Part shown: in pieces, positions 43,674 through 53,233 of the stretch
How positions within the stretch are numbered: position 1 is the stretch's first letter
Layout: each line of letters begins with the position of its first letter
Assembly (NCBI GenBank): GCA_964616855.1
Contig: CAZTUJ010000002.1
Coordinates: 10,196-74,195, forward strand
DNA length: 64,000 nucleotides
Direction of reading: 5' to 3'
From: an uncultured Gammaproteobacteria bacterium
Lineage (GTDB): Bacteria > Patescibacteriota > Patescibacteriia > Patescibacteriales > UBA12465
Translations under genes and position numbers: made by a program
Notes under the pieces: model-generated
The model's database searches: none
What the model saw: the letters and a program-made list of their open reading frames with translations, nothing else
Told to the model about the DNA's origin: nothing

Positions 43674-43862
43674 TTAATTATCCATACGTAAGAGCTCATT
43701 GAGCAGGCCGGCTTTGTCGGTGCCGATGGAAAAGTTTAATTTTTGTCCGATTTCAGGAATTTGGGGAAGCTTTTCTTTTGGCCAATAGATAATATTTTTT
43801 TCTTGATCTTGGAGAATTACTTGATCATCGCTAAAACCAGCGACTGTTAATTCATAATTCAT
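43674..43862 (-). CDS. Small hypothetical protein (possibly DUF3006-like)
   Basis: 62-aa ORF from ATG 43862, 1 nt after the hsp20 stop and 10 nt before the VanW start. Confidence 0.4.
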   Translation of the reverse strand: MNYELTVAGFSDDQVILQDQEKNIIYWPKEKLPQIPEIGQKLNFSIGTDKAGLLNELLRMDN

Positions 43863-43863
43863 A

Positions 43864-44280
43864 TCAGCCTTTAAAATTAATCTCAATATTTTCTGGGTTA
43901 ACCTTAATTAAGGTTACAGTTAAAACGCCATTTTCTAAATTGGCTTCGACTTTGCGGCTATCAACTTCCGCCGGTAAAATAATGGAGCGAGAGAAGGGTC
44001 CCCAGTAGCACTCACGATAAAGATACTGTTCTTCGGCGACCGCTTGCGGCTGCTTCCTGGTGCCGTGAATAGTTAATAAATCATGGTGCAAAGAGACTTT
44101 GAGGTCTTCCGGCTTAGCGCCGGCAATCGTCGATTGAATGACGATTTTTTTATCGGTATGATAAACATCAACCGACAATTGACCTTCGGAGACAGCCTCC
44201 TTCTCCATCCAGTCACTAATGGCCGAAGTATCTTCGGCAGTGACGAGATGGCGCTGGCGTCCGGAAAAAAAATTTAACAT
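43864..44280 (-). CDS. Hsp20/alpha-crystallin small heat-shock protein
   Basis: Alpha-crystallin domain with LPAEVDSRKVEANLENGVLTVTL. Confidence 0.85.
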   Translation of the reverse strand: MLNFFSGRQRHLVTAEDTSAISDWMEKEAVSEGQLSVDVYHTDKKIVIQSTIAGAKPEDLKVSLHHDLLTIHGTRKQPQAVAEEQYLYRECYWGPFSRSIILPAEVDSRKVEANLENGVLTVTLIKVNPENIEINFKG

Positions 44281-44298
44281 AAGATGAGAAAAATAATG

Positions 44299-44372
44299 TG
44301 GGCCCGACCCGACTCGAACGGGTGACCTTTACGATGTCAACGTAACGCTCTAACCAACTGAGCTACGAGCCC
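44299..44372 (-). tRNA. tRNA-Val (anticodon GAC)
   Basis: GGGCTCGTAGCTCAGTTGGTTAGAGC..., anticodon arm TTACG-TTGACAT-CGTAA. Confidence 0.9.
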
Positions 44373-44382
44373 TTATTTCCTT

Positions 44383-44411
44383 ATTATATTGTATAGGTGC
44401 GAACTTGGCAA
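44383..44411 (-). promoter_or_regulatory. Sigma70-like promoter in front of tRNA-Val
   Basis: On the minus strand: TTGCCA, 17-nt spacer, TATAAT, ending 10 nt before the tRNA 5' end. Confidence 0.5.
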
Positions 44412-44443
44412 TATTAACGGCTGACTTGCGCGTGTTTTTTCGG

Positions 44444-44517
44444 TGCGCCTAGATGGACTTGAACCATCGACCCCCGCTTTATAAGAGCGGTGCTCTAACC
44501 ACCTGAGCTATAGGCGC
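44444..44517 (-). tRNA. tRNA-Ile with UAU anticodon (gene TAT)
   Basis: GCGCCTATAGCTCAGGTGGTTAGAGC (Ile-like body), anticodon arm CCGCT-CTTATAA-AGCGG, T-arm GATGGTTCAAGTCCATC. Confidence 0.8.
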
Positions 44518-44587
44518 CGGCGGCGGAGAGAAATAGCGGGAGCATTCTCGTCTTTTTCTCCTCTGTGAATCTTTACTTGTTATATCA

Positions 44588-45757
44588 TTAGGCGAAGTTT
44601 TTATCAAGTTTTTCTTTAATTTTGGGAATAAGCGTGCTAGTCCATTCGGCAGGATTGATATTAATGACGGCGCTGGCATTTTTGGCCGTGCCGTTAGCTT
44701 GGTAGGCTTTGAGAATTTCTAAGGCAGAAATTCCCTTGGCGGCATAAGCGTTGATTTCAATCGTTTGTTTGGCGGTATCAGCCAGAGCAATTAAAATTAA
44801 TTTAGCTTCGGGGATACTAGCGATTATTTCTTCAACAATTTCACCGAGATCAACATTTTCTTGTTTCAAGGTTTTAGCTTCTTCGTCGCTCAGCAGTGAC
44901 CAGATTAGGCGTTTATCTGTCTCTGCCTGGAGACCATTTAAAATTTTTCCCCAGGATTTAAGAACAGAGAGCGGGCGGGAGCGATAGAGTTGATTAATAA
45001 TTTCTTCTCGGCGCGCACCCAAGCCAATCAATTTTGAACTAGTGAGGAGAGTGCGAGGAGTGAGGTTAGCGCTTTTGTAATTTTTAGTTTTGCTGATGAT
45101 GCCAGCTAGTAAGCAGGTAGCAATATCTTCATCAATAATTTTTTCACCCTGTTGTTTGAGAAGATTAAAGATTATTTCCGCGGTAGAGACTACATTAAGA
45201 TCAAGGTAGTTGATTTGGCCATATTCTTCGTTGCCGGCCTGGTGATCAATGTTGATGATAGTGGTTTTATAGAAGAATTCGACGTTATTGTCGTAAATTG
45301 CCGCTAAAGATTCTAAGTCAGGAGTATCGATGGTAAAAATTAGGTCGTATTTAAAGCCGCTGGAAGAAGAGCTAATATCTTCGGCGCTGAACCAGCCCTT
45401 CTCCGGGGAGATGATGAAATTCAATTTTTTTTCATCAACGGTGTATTTAATCTGATTAATGGTAGTTTGGCTGATATCAAGTGAGACAATGAATTTACGT
45501 AAATTTTTAAGGGAGGTTTTAATCTCGGCGTAGGCCGGTAGAAAGCTCCAAGCGGCGGCCGTCTTTTGCTTAGGACTGTTTTCATCTTCTAAATAAGAAG
45601 CTACTTCTACATTTTTACCAATTTTCTTTAAGAACAAAAATAAAGCGAGGGCGGAGGCCACCGCATCGCCGTTCCAGTCAGCGTTAAAGGCAATCAGAAT
45701 GTTTTCTGATTTCTCCAGCTGTTTGGCAATTTGTTGTTCTAAATTAAGCATTGACAA
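44588..45757 (-). CDS. DHH/DHHA1 phosphoesterase family protein (NrnA-like) with altered catalytic motifs
   Basis: NrnA-like length and layout. Motif I reads NGD instead of DGD, and motif III reads DHQ (45239-45247) instead of DHH. Confidence 0.6.
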   Translation of the reverse strand: MSMLNLEQQIAKQLEKSENILIAFNADWNGDAVASALALFLFLKKIGKNVEVASYLEDENSPKQKTAAAWSFLPAYAEIKTSLKNLRKFIVSLDISQTTINQIKYTVDEKKLNFIISPEKGWFSAEDISSSSSGFKYDLIFTIDTPDLESLAAIYDNNVEFFYKTTIINIDHQAGNEEYGQINYLDLNVVSTAEIIFNLLKQQGEKIIDEDIATCLLAGIISKTKNYKSANLTPRTLLTSSKLIGLGARREEIINQLYRSRPLSVLKSWGKILNGLQAETDKRLIWSLLSDEEAKTLKQENVDLGEIVEEIIASIPEAKLILIALADTAKQTIEINAYAAKGISALEILKAYQANGTAKNASAVININPAEWTSTLIPKIKEKLDKNFA

Positions 45758-45873
45758 AGGCTATATTTCTAAGTTTTTTTCTAAGCCTGACCATTCAATA
45801 TATAATTATTTTTTGCTAGAGTCAAGGCAATTTGCGGTTGACGCAAAGCCATATTTTTGGTAATTTAAAAGGT

Positions 45874-48507
45874 ATGAAAAACGAATTGGCTAAAACCTAT
45901 AACCCCGCCCTTTTTGAGGATGATATTTATCAAAAATGGGAAGATTCTGGATTTTTTAATCCGGATAATTTAGCTCTATCCACTGATGCACCCGCTTATA
46001 CTATTATTCTTCCTCCGCCTAATATTACCGCTAAATTGCACTTAGGTCACAGTGCGATGTTGGCCATCGAAGATATGATGGTGCGTTATCGTCGCCAGAA
46101 TGGTTACCGGGCTTTATGGTTACCGGGGACAGACCACGCCGCTATCGCTACTCAGAATATGGTGGAAAAGAAGCTGTTTGCGGAAACAGGCAAAACTAGA
46201 CACGATTTAGGCCGGGAAGCCTTTTTAGCAGAAGTACACAAGTTTGTGGCTGAGACCCAGGCGACGATTCTTAATCAAACTCGGAAAATGGGAGCTTCTT
46301 TAGACTGGTCTCGCCTCGCTTTTACCTTAGACGAGCCTCGTCAGCAGGCGGTTCAGAAAATGTTTTTAGATATGTACCGCGAAGGCGTTATTTATCGCGG
46401 TGAGCGTATTGTCAATTGGTGCCCGCGCTGTCATTCGACTTTAGCGGACGATGAAGTGGAATATAAAGAGCAGAAAACTACGCTTTATACATTTAAATAT
46501 AGCGCTGATTTTCCGATCGCCATTTCTACGACCAGGCCAGAGACAAAATTAGGGGATACAGCTGTGGCCGTTAATCCTAAAGATGAACGTTATCGTCAGT
46601 ATGTCGGACAAGAATATATTGTCGATTTTTGCGGTCAAGAATTAAACATTAAAATTATTGCTGATCGCAATGTAGAAATTGATTTTGGCACCGGTGCTTT
46701 AGGGGTAACGCCGGCACACTCCGCGGTCGATTGGCAAATGGCTGAAGCTCAACAATTACCTAAAATTAAAGTTATTGATGAAGATGGTAAAATTCGGGAA
46801 GGATTTCAAAATTACTCTGGCTTGAGCGCTCTTGTTGCTCGAGAAAAAATAGTGGCTGATTTACGAGCACAGAAATTAATTATCAGTGAAGAGGAAATCA
46901 TTAATAATCTTTCCTGTTGCTATCGTTGTGATAGTCCGATCGAACCACTACCTTCCCAGCAGTGGTTTATTGCCGTTGATAAACCTTTAGATCGTTTGCA
47001 GGGCAAATCTCTGAAACAAGTAGCGATTGCGGCCGCGGCCGAAGGGGAGATTAAATTTTTACCAGAACGTTTTAATAAACGCTATCTTGATTGGATGGAA
47101 AATTTGCACGATTGGTGTATTTCCCGTCAAATTTGGTTTGGTCACAGTATTCCTGCCTGGTATCGGGGAAAAGAGATTTTTGTCGGCTCAGAAGAACCAG
47201 AGGGGGAAGGCTGGCAAGCGGACAGGGACACCCTTGATACTTGGTTTTCTTCGGGGATGTGGTCTTTTTCAACTTTAGGCTGGCCGGATAATTTTAAGGA
47301 TGGGATTAAGAGCGGCGATTTAGCTCGTTTTCATCCTACTCAAGTGCTTGAAACCGGTTATGAAATTCTTACTCTCTGGGTTTCGCGCATGGTGATGATG
47401 TCTTTTTTTGCTTTAGGAGAAAAACCTTTCTCTCAAGTTTATTTGCACGGCACCATTTTAGATAAAGCGGGAAAGAAGATGTCGAAATCTAAAGGTAACG
47501 GCGTCGATCCCTTGGAAGTAATTAATCTCTATGGCGCTGATGCGGTACGCTTGTCTTTATTGATGGGGGCAACCCCTGGCAATGATTCTCGTTATAGTGA
47601 AGAGAAAATTGAGGCAAAACGTAATTTTATCAATAAACTATGGAATATCTCCCGCTTTATCCTTAACGACTTGGATGATGAGGTTTTAGCTGTTCCAGCA
47701 ATGGTTTTACCAACAGCGCAGACTTTGGCGGACCGCTGGATATTGGGAGAATTACTTAACACTAGAAAGTCTGTAGACGCCGCCTTGCTTAATTCGGAGT
47801 TTTCTGTAGCGGCCGAAACTCTTTATGATTTCACTTGGAATAAGCTGGCGGACTGGTATTTAGAAATTGCTAAAGTAGAAAAAAATAAGGAGGTCATCTT
47901 AGTTTACCTTTTAAAAAACCTGCTAATCATGTGGCACCCCTTTATTCCTTTTGTAACTGAAGCCATTTGGCAGAGCTTTAATACTTCTTCGCTGATTGTT
48001 GAGCAATGGCCACGGTGGTCAGAAAAAGAACTTAAGGATATAAGACCATTGGCAAATAACAATGACTTTCTCTTTGTGCAAGAGAGTATTGTGGCTATTC
48101 GTAACGCTCGTAGTGAGAATAAGATTGAGCCGGCGCGGAAAGTCAGAGCTTTAGCCATGGGTGAGCGAGCCGAGCTTTTAGTTGCGCAAGCGCCTTTATT
48201 AATTTCTTTGCGTACAGGTTTAGAGTCTTTGTTCAAAACCGACCAAGCGCCAACAGAGGCGGCAATTAAAATCGTTCTTGGTGGCACCGAGCTTTATTTA
48301 TTAGGGGCGGTTGATCCAGAAAAAGAGCGCGCTCGTCTCAATAAAGAAAAAGAAAATTTAGAGAAATTAATTACTAGCTTGTCTGCTCGTTTGGAAAATC
48401 AAGAATTTATTGCTCGCGCCCCGGAGGCTATTGTTAAAGTTGAACAAGAAAAGCTGGCCCGTTATCGGGTGGAGCTGGAAAATATTAATATTGTCCTTAA
48501 AGCTTAA
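45874..48507 (+). CDS. valS: Valyl-tRNA synthetase
   Basis: PPPNITAKLHLGH (HIGH) and KMSKSKGN motifs plus a C-terminal coiled coil. ATG at 45874. Confidence 0.9.
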   Translation: MKNELAKTYNPALFEDDIYQKWEDSGFFNPDNLALSTDAPAYTIILPPPNITAKLHLGHSAMLAIEDMMVRYRRQNGYRALWLPGTDHAAIATQNMVEKKLFAETGKTRHDLGREAFLAEVHKFVAETQATILNQTRKMGASLDWSRLAFTLDEPRQQAVQKMFLDMYREGVIYRGERIVNWCPRCHSTLADDEVEYKEQKTTLYTFKYSADFPIAISTTRPETKLGDTAVAVNPKDERYRQYVGQEYIVDFCGQELNIKIIADRNVEIDFGTGALGVTPAHSAVDWQMAEAQQLPKIKVIDEDGKIREGFQNYSGLSALVAREKIVADLRAQKLIISEEEIINNLSCCYRCDSPIEPLPSQQWFIAVDKPLDRLQGKSLKQVAIAAAAEGEIKFLPERFNKRYLDWMENLHDWCISRQIWFGHSIPAWYRGKEIFVGSEEPEGEGWQADRDTLDTWFSSGMWSFSTLGWPDNFKDGIKSGDLARFHPTQVLETGYEILTLWVSRMVMMSFFALGEKPFSQVYLHGTILDKAGKKMSKSKGNGVDPLEVINLYGADAVRLSLLMGATPGNDSRYSEEKIEAKRNFINKLWNISRFILNDLDDEVLAVPAMVLPTAQTLADRWILGELLNTRKSVDAALLNSEFSVAAETLYDFTWNKLADWYLEIAKVEKNKEVILVYLLKNLLIMWHPFIPFVTEAIWQSFNTSSLIVEQWPRWSEKELKDIRPLANNNDFLFVQESIVAIRNARSENKIEPARKVRALAMGERAELLVAQAPLLISLRTGLESLFKTDQAPTEAAIKIVLGGTELYLLGAVDPEKERARLNKEKENLEKLITSLSARLENQEFIARAPEAIVKVEQEKLARYRVELENINIVLKA

Positions 48508-48525
48508 GCTTGAGGTAAAACGACT

Positions 48526-48912
48526 ATGACCTTAAAAAATTATTTAATTGTGATGAGCACTATGACCGCACTCTGCTGGGGTATCTTTATTCTAATGCTT
48601 AATCTTATTGACCCCACTGAGACTAATTGGCTCGGTTTTATGCTTTTCTATGTCGCTTTATTTTTAGCCCTTTCTGGAACGGCGGCTCTGGTCGGTTTTA
48701 TTATCCGTTTTGTGGCTCTGCGTCGTGAGTTGGCTTTTTATGCCGTGGCTACCGCCTTTCGCCAGTCATTCCTCTTCGCTTTATTTATGGTTATCTCTCT
48801 ATTTTTATTATCAGCCAATCTCTTTACCTGGCTAAACGTCAGCCTCTTGTTAATTATTTTTATGATTTTAGAACTTTTTGTAGCTAGTTATAAAAAGAGT
48901 CGTTTAAATTAA
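48526..48912 (+). CDS. Small four-TM membrane protein
   Basis: 128-aa hydrophobic ORF 18 nt after valS. Confidence 0.5.
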   Translation: MTLKNYLIVMSTMTALCWGIFILMLNLIDPTETNWLGFMLFYVALFLALSGTAALVGFIIRFVALRRELAFYAVATAFRQSFLFALFMVISLFLLSANLFTWLNVSLLLIIFMILELFVASYKKSRLN

Positions 48913-48965
48913 TATTTAAAACAAGCGACAGAGACATTGTATATAAATACGACTAAGAATTATTT

Positions 48966-49994
48966 ATGAAAGACAAATTAGAAAAATTAAGAGCTGATTT
49001 TCTCGCTAACCTTGAGGCCATTCAGGATCTCCCGTCTTTACGCGACTTAGAATTAAAGTATCTTTCTCGCAAAGGGGAGTTGAGTGCTCTGATCGGTGGT
49101 TTAAAAGACTTAAGTATTGATATCCGACGGGAGGCCGGCGAATTTGCTAATGTTGTGAAGCAGGAATTGCAGACGCGTTTTAATGAAATTAAAGATAGCT
49201 TAGAAAAAAAGACCGATTCGACCGCGTATGTTGATGCCACTATTCCTGGAGAAAAAATTGAAAGTGGACATTTGCATCCTTTATCTTTAGTACGGCGGGA
49301 GTTAGAGGACTTTTTTGCTACTTTGGGCTTTACCGTTATGGATGGACCAGAAATTGAAAGCGAATTTTATAATTTTGAAGCTTTAAATGTTCCCCCGCAT
49401 CACCCAGCACGCGATATGCAGGATACTTTTTATGTAGACGTAAAGAATAAACAGGGTGAATATGATTTAACTATGCGCACGCAGACGTCTAATACTCAGG
49501 TCCGAGCCATGCAGAAGTACGGAGCCCCCTTAAAAGTGATTATGCCGGGAAGAGTGTTCCGGAGCGAGGCGACAGATGCCCGTCATGAACACACTTTTTA
49601 TCAACTTGAGGGCGTGATGATTGATAAAAATATCAATTTTGCACACATGAAAAGTATTTTAGAGGCTGTTGGTCAAAAGTTATATGGCCCGGAGACAAAA
49701 TTACGCATGCGTCCTAAATTTTATCCTTTCGTTGAGCCTGGCTCCAATGGTGAATATACTTGTTTTTTATGCCAAGGACAGGGCTGTCGTGTTTGTAAAC
49801 ATTCTGGCTGGTTGGAAATTTTAGGTTGTGGTCTAATTCATCCCTCGGTGTTAATGGCGGGCGGAATTGATCCGGAACAATATTCTGGTTTTGCTTTCGG
49901 CTTTGGTTTGAATCGTTTAGCGATGTTAAAATACGGAATTAACGATATTCGTCTTTTTAACGGGGGCGATTTGCGCTTTTTGAAACAATTTTAA
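48966..49994 (+). CDS. pheS: Phenylalanyl-tRNA synthetase alpha subunit
   Basis: Class II motifs (HPARDMQDTFY, GRVFRSE, GFAFGFGLNRL). Confidence 0.9.
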   Translation: MKDKLEKLRADFLANLEAIQDLPSLRDLELKYLSRKGELSALIGGLKDLSIDIRREAGEFANVVKQELQTRFNEIKDSLEKKTDSTAYVDATIPGEKIESGHLHPLSLVRRELEDFFATLGFTVMDGPEIESEFYNFEALNVPPHHPARDMQDTFYVDVKNKQGEYDLTMRTQTSNTQVRAMQKYGAPLKVIMPGRVFRSEATDARHEHTFYQLEGVMIDKNINFAHMKSILEAVGQKLYGPETKLRMRPKFYPFVEPGSNGEYTCFLCQGQGCRVCKHSGWLEILGCGLIHPSVLMAGGIDPEQYSGFAFGFGLNRLAMLKYGINDIRLFNGGDLRFLKQF

Positions 49995-50001
49995 AATTAC
50001 T

Positions 50002-52422
50002 ATGTATTTATCTTTCAATTGGCTTAAAGATTTTGTCAAAATACCTAAGAACTTCAGCCCCGAAGAGTTGGCGGAATTATTAACGATGCATACCGTTGAG
50101 GTCGAGGGCTGGCAGGCGCAGAGCAAGCTTTTTGATAAAGTGGTAGTAGGTAAAGTTCTGGCAGTCTCTCCTCATCCCAACGCTGATCGTTTGCGTTTAA
50201 CTAAAGTAGATGTGAAAAAAGAAACGCTTGATATTGTCTGCGGCGCACCGAATGTGGCGGTTGGACAGCGGGTACCAGTAGCTCTTATTGGTGCCAGCCT
50301 GCCCAACGGTTTAGTTATTAAAGAGTCGGAAATCCGCGGAGAAAAATCTTTTGGCATGATTTGTGCGGAAGATGAATTGGGCTTGGGGCAGAATCATGAA
50401 GGGATTATGGTATTAGCCAACCATGCCAAGGTCGGACAGAGTTTTGCTGATTATCTTGGTTTAAATGACATCATTTTTGAAATTGATAATAAATCTTTAT
50501 CTAATCGGGGTGATTTATGGGGACATTACGGTCTCGCTCGAGAAATTAGCACTTTATTAAAAACATCTTTACGTTCTTATCTAGCAGAAGTTCATAAGTC
50601 TCCGGCCGTCAAAGGCAAAGAGCATTTCCCAGTTAAAGTTGAAGATAAGAAAGCCTGCCCGCGTTATTTAGCGGTGAAAATTAATCATGTAAAGATGATG
50701 GATTCACCTCGTTGGCTGAAAGAACGCTTAGTGGCAGTCGGCGCCCGCCCCATTAATGCCTTAGTTGATATTACTAACTACGTCATGCTTGAATCAGGGC
50801 AGCCCCTACATGCTTTTGACGCTAAGGATATTAAAAAGATTAGCGTTCGTTTGTCTAAGCCCGAGGAGAGCTTAGAAACTTTAGACGGTAAGGAGCGCTT
50901 ATTGCCACCAGAAACAATTATTATTACCGATGGTAGTGAACCTTTAGCTATCGCTGGTATCATGGGTGGGGCAAAGAGCGCCATTAATGAAAATACCACC
51001 AGCATTATTTTAGAGGTTGCTAATTTTGACGCCGTTTTAGTGCGCAAAGCTTCTCAGCTTTTAAATTTACGCACGGATGCTTCTATGCGCTTTGAGAAAA
51101 CCTTAGATCCGCTTTTGCCATCTTTAGTTTGGCAAAGAGCTTGGCAGTTGATTAAAGAATTAATGCCGGAGGCAGAGTTAGCGGGTGTGCCTACTGATAT
51201 AGTTAATTTTAAAGTGGAGCCGGAACCAATTAATGTTGATTTTTCTTGGTTGAAGAAAAAATTAGGGAAAGAAGTTAGCCGTCGAGATACTATTAATATC
51301 TTAGTGCGTCTGGGTTTCGGGGTAACGGTTAATAAAAATATCCTAGCAGTAACGCCGCCGAGCTGGCGAGCCGTTAAAGACGTCACGATTAAGGAAGATA
51401 TCTTGGAAGAGGTAGCTCGTATCATTGGCTATAATAATATTCCCGCTCTCGCACCGATTGCTGCCATGTCTTTATTGCCGGAAAATCACGAATTGCAGTT
51501 AGAAAGAAAAATTCAAGATATTTTAAGCGGGGCTGGAGGCCTTCATGAAGTTTACAATTATTCTTTTGCCAGCGAGGCTTTACTATCTAAATTAAATTTT
51601 GATGCCAGTCGTCATCTGCGCCTGGCTAATCCGATTTCAGAACAGCACGTTTATCTTCGTCAAAGCTTGCTTCCTGGCTTATTGCAAAATGTCCGCTTAA
51701 ATCAATTTAATTATCAACATTTTGGCCTGTTTGAAATGGGAAGAATTTTTTTATCTTTACCAGGAGAGTATTCCAAAGATGCTAAGGGCGATTTTCTGCC
51801 TTATCAGGGAAAGCGCCTAGGATTGATGTTTGCCGGACCCGATAGCGTGGCTGTTTTTAGTCATGCTAAAGGGATTGTAGATTTACTATTTGCTTCTTTG
51901 TGGCCTCAAGCAGTGTTAGAATTTACTGCTTTAGAAAATGCACCGGCTTGGTCTCAGGCTAATCAGGCAGCGGCTGTTTATTGTGGTGGTAAAGATCTGG
52001 GAGTTATTGGCTTAGTGTCTAATAAATTATCCAGTTCTTTAGGATTGAAGCTGAGTGCAGTTTTTATAGAGCTAAATTTCCAGGAACTTTTGTCTCTTTA
52101 TACCTTATTACCGGCTCGCCAATATCAAGAAACTTCTAAGTATCCCGCCATCGTGCGTGATTTAGCTTTTGTTGTTAATGAAAAAGTATTATATAATGAT
52201 TTTTGGAGAGTCTTAGCCGACTTTCATCCTTTAATCAGCCGGGCGGAATTATTTGACATCTATCAGGGCGGTGCCTTGGGTGAGGATAAGAAGAGCTGGG
52301 CTTTTCATATTACTTATCAAGCGAGCGATCGGACTTTGACGGCCGAGGAAGTTGATTTGATTCAGACTGACTTAATTCAGCGTTGCCATAGTCAATTCGA
52401 TTCACAAATTAGAGATTTTTAA
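50002..52422 (+). CDS. pheT: Phenylalanyl-tRNA synthetase beta subunit
   Basis: MYLSFNWLKDF start, tRNA-binding OB domain, B3/B4, B5 and FDX-ACB domains, 806 aa. Confidence 0.9.
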   Translation: MYLSFNWLKDFVKIPKNFSPEELAELLTMHTVEVEGWQAQSKLFDKVVVGKVLAVSPHPNADRLRLTKVDVKKETLDIVCGAPNVAVGQRVPVALIGASLPNGLVIKESEIRGEKSFGMICAEDELGLGQNHEGIMVLANHAKVGQSFADYLGLNDIIFEIDNKSLSNRGDLWGHYGLAREISTLLKTSLRSYLAEVHKSPAVKGKEHFPVKVEDKKACPRYLAVKINHVKMMDSPRWLKERLVAVGARPINALVDITNYVMLESGQPLHAFDAKDIKKISVRLSKPEESLETLDGKERLLPPETIIITDGSEPLAIAGIMGGAKSAINENTTSIILEVANFDAVLVRKASQLLNLRTDASMRFEKTLDPLLPSLVWQRAWQLIKELMPEAELAGVPTDIVNFKVEPEPINVDFSWLKKKLGKEVSRRDTINILVRLGFGVTVNKNILAVTPPSWRAVKDVTIKEDILEEVARIIGYNNIPALAPIAAMSLLPENHELQLERKIQDILSGAGGLHEVYNYSFASEALLSKLNFDASRHLRLANPISEQHVYLRQSLLPGLLQNVRLNQFNYQHFGLFEMGRIFLSLPGEYSKDAKGDFLPYQGKRLGLMFAGPDSVAVFSHAKGIVDLLFASLWPQAVLEFTALENAPAWSQANQAAAVYCGGKDLGVIGLVSNKLSSSLGLKLSAVFIELNFQELLSLYTLLPARQYQETSKYPAIVRDLAFVVNEKVLYNDFWRVLADFHPLISRAELFDIYQGGALGEDKKSWAFHITYQASDRTLTAEEVDLIQTDLIQRCHSQFDSQIRDF

Positions 52423-52448
52423 TTTAACCAAACATATAGGAGGGATTT

Positions 52449-52802
52449 TTGCCTTCTTTATGGCATAAATTTATGTTTGAAACTTCACGAGACATTCTTA
52501 ATTGGGTATTAGCGGCTTCCGCTGGTGCGCTCGCTTTTTTTCTCTGCTGGTCTTTATATTATTTTATTGCCAGCGCTCAACGTATTTTCCGTCTCATCAA
52601 GCATGTTGAGCAGGGAGTAGCTAAGGCTGAAGCTCTGTTAGACTTAATTAAGGATAAAATTTCTGGTAGTGCTTCTTATTTAATGATTCTTGGAGAAATC
52701 TTGAAGCGGGGCGTCGAATTTGCTAAATCTAAGCGTCGTCGCAATGATGATGATTTTGACGATGAAGATGAACCAGTCAAGTCTAAAAAGAAGAAGAAAT
52801 AA
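52449..52802 (+). CDS. Hypothetical membrane protein with acidic/Lys-rich tail
   Basis: TTG start 5 nt after GGAGG (52439-52443), one TM. An alternative ATG lies at 52473. Confidence 0.45.
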   Translation: MPSLWHKFMFETSRDILNWVLAASAGALAFFLCWSLYYFIASAQRIFRLIKHVEQGVAKAEALLDLIKDKISGSASYLMILGEILKRGVEFAKSKRRRNDDDFDDEDEPVKSKKKKK

Positions 52803-52824
52803 ATATTTAATTATTTTGTCTACC

Positions 52825-52852
52825 AAAAAACCGCTGTTATAGCGGTTTTTTT
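52825..52852. terminator. Bidirectional rho-independent terminator
   Basis: ccgct/agcgg stem flanked by A6 and T7, between convergent genes. Confidence 0.65.
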
Positions 52853-52856
52853 GTGC

Positions 52857-53198
52857 TTACTCTTCATCGTAATAAGGGTCGTGGGCAGTGGCAGGATCAT
52901 TGACGATTTTGTTTTTATTTAATTTCCGTCGGAGTAATCGGGGTAGAAAATTTTGGAGAGAGAACTCTTTTGTTGCTTTTACCGAGGTGGTATTTATCGG
53001 TTGGCTGAGATTTGATGGCTGTTCTGATTTTTTTACTTCTGCTTGTAAGGCTGATCGTAGTTCTTCAATTTTTTCTTCTTGATTGCTGGGCGGTAAGGCT
53101 ACCTCCTGATAGCTCTCTTCATTATTTTCTTCAGGAGCGGTTGTTTGAAGGTTTTTTTGTTTTTCTTGAGATGTAAAAATCTCTTTATCAATTGTCAT
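52857..53198 (-). CDS. Hypothetical protein
   Basis: 113-aa ORF downstream of topA on the same strand. No motif recognised. Confidence 0.4.
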   Translation of the reverse strand: MTIDKEIFTSQEKQKNLQTTAPEENNEESYQEVALPPSNQEEKIEELRSALQAEVKKSEQPSNLSQPINTTSVKATKEFSLQNFLPRLLRRKLNKNKIVNDPATAHDPYYDEE

Positions 53199-53233
53199 AT
53201 TTTTAATGATAAAATAATGTTTATTGATAGTTT

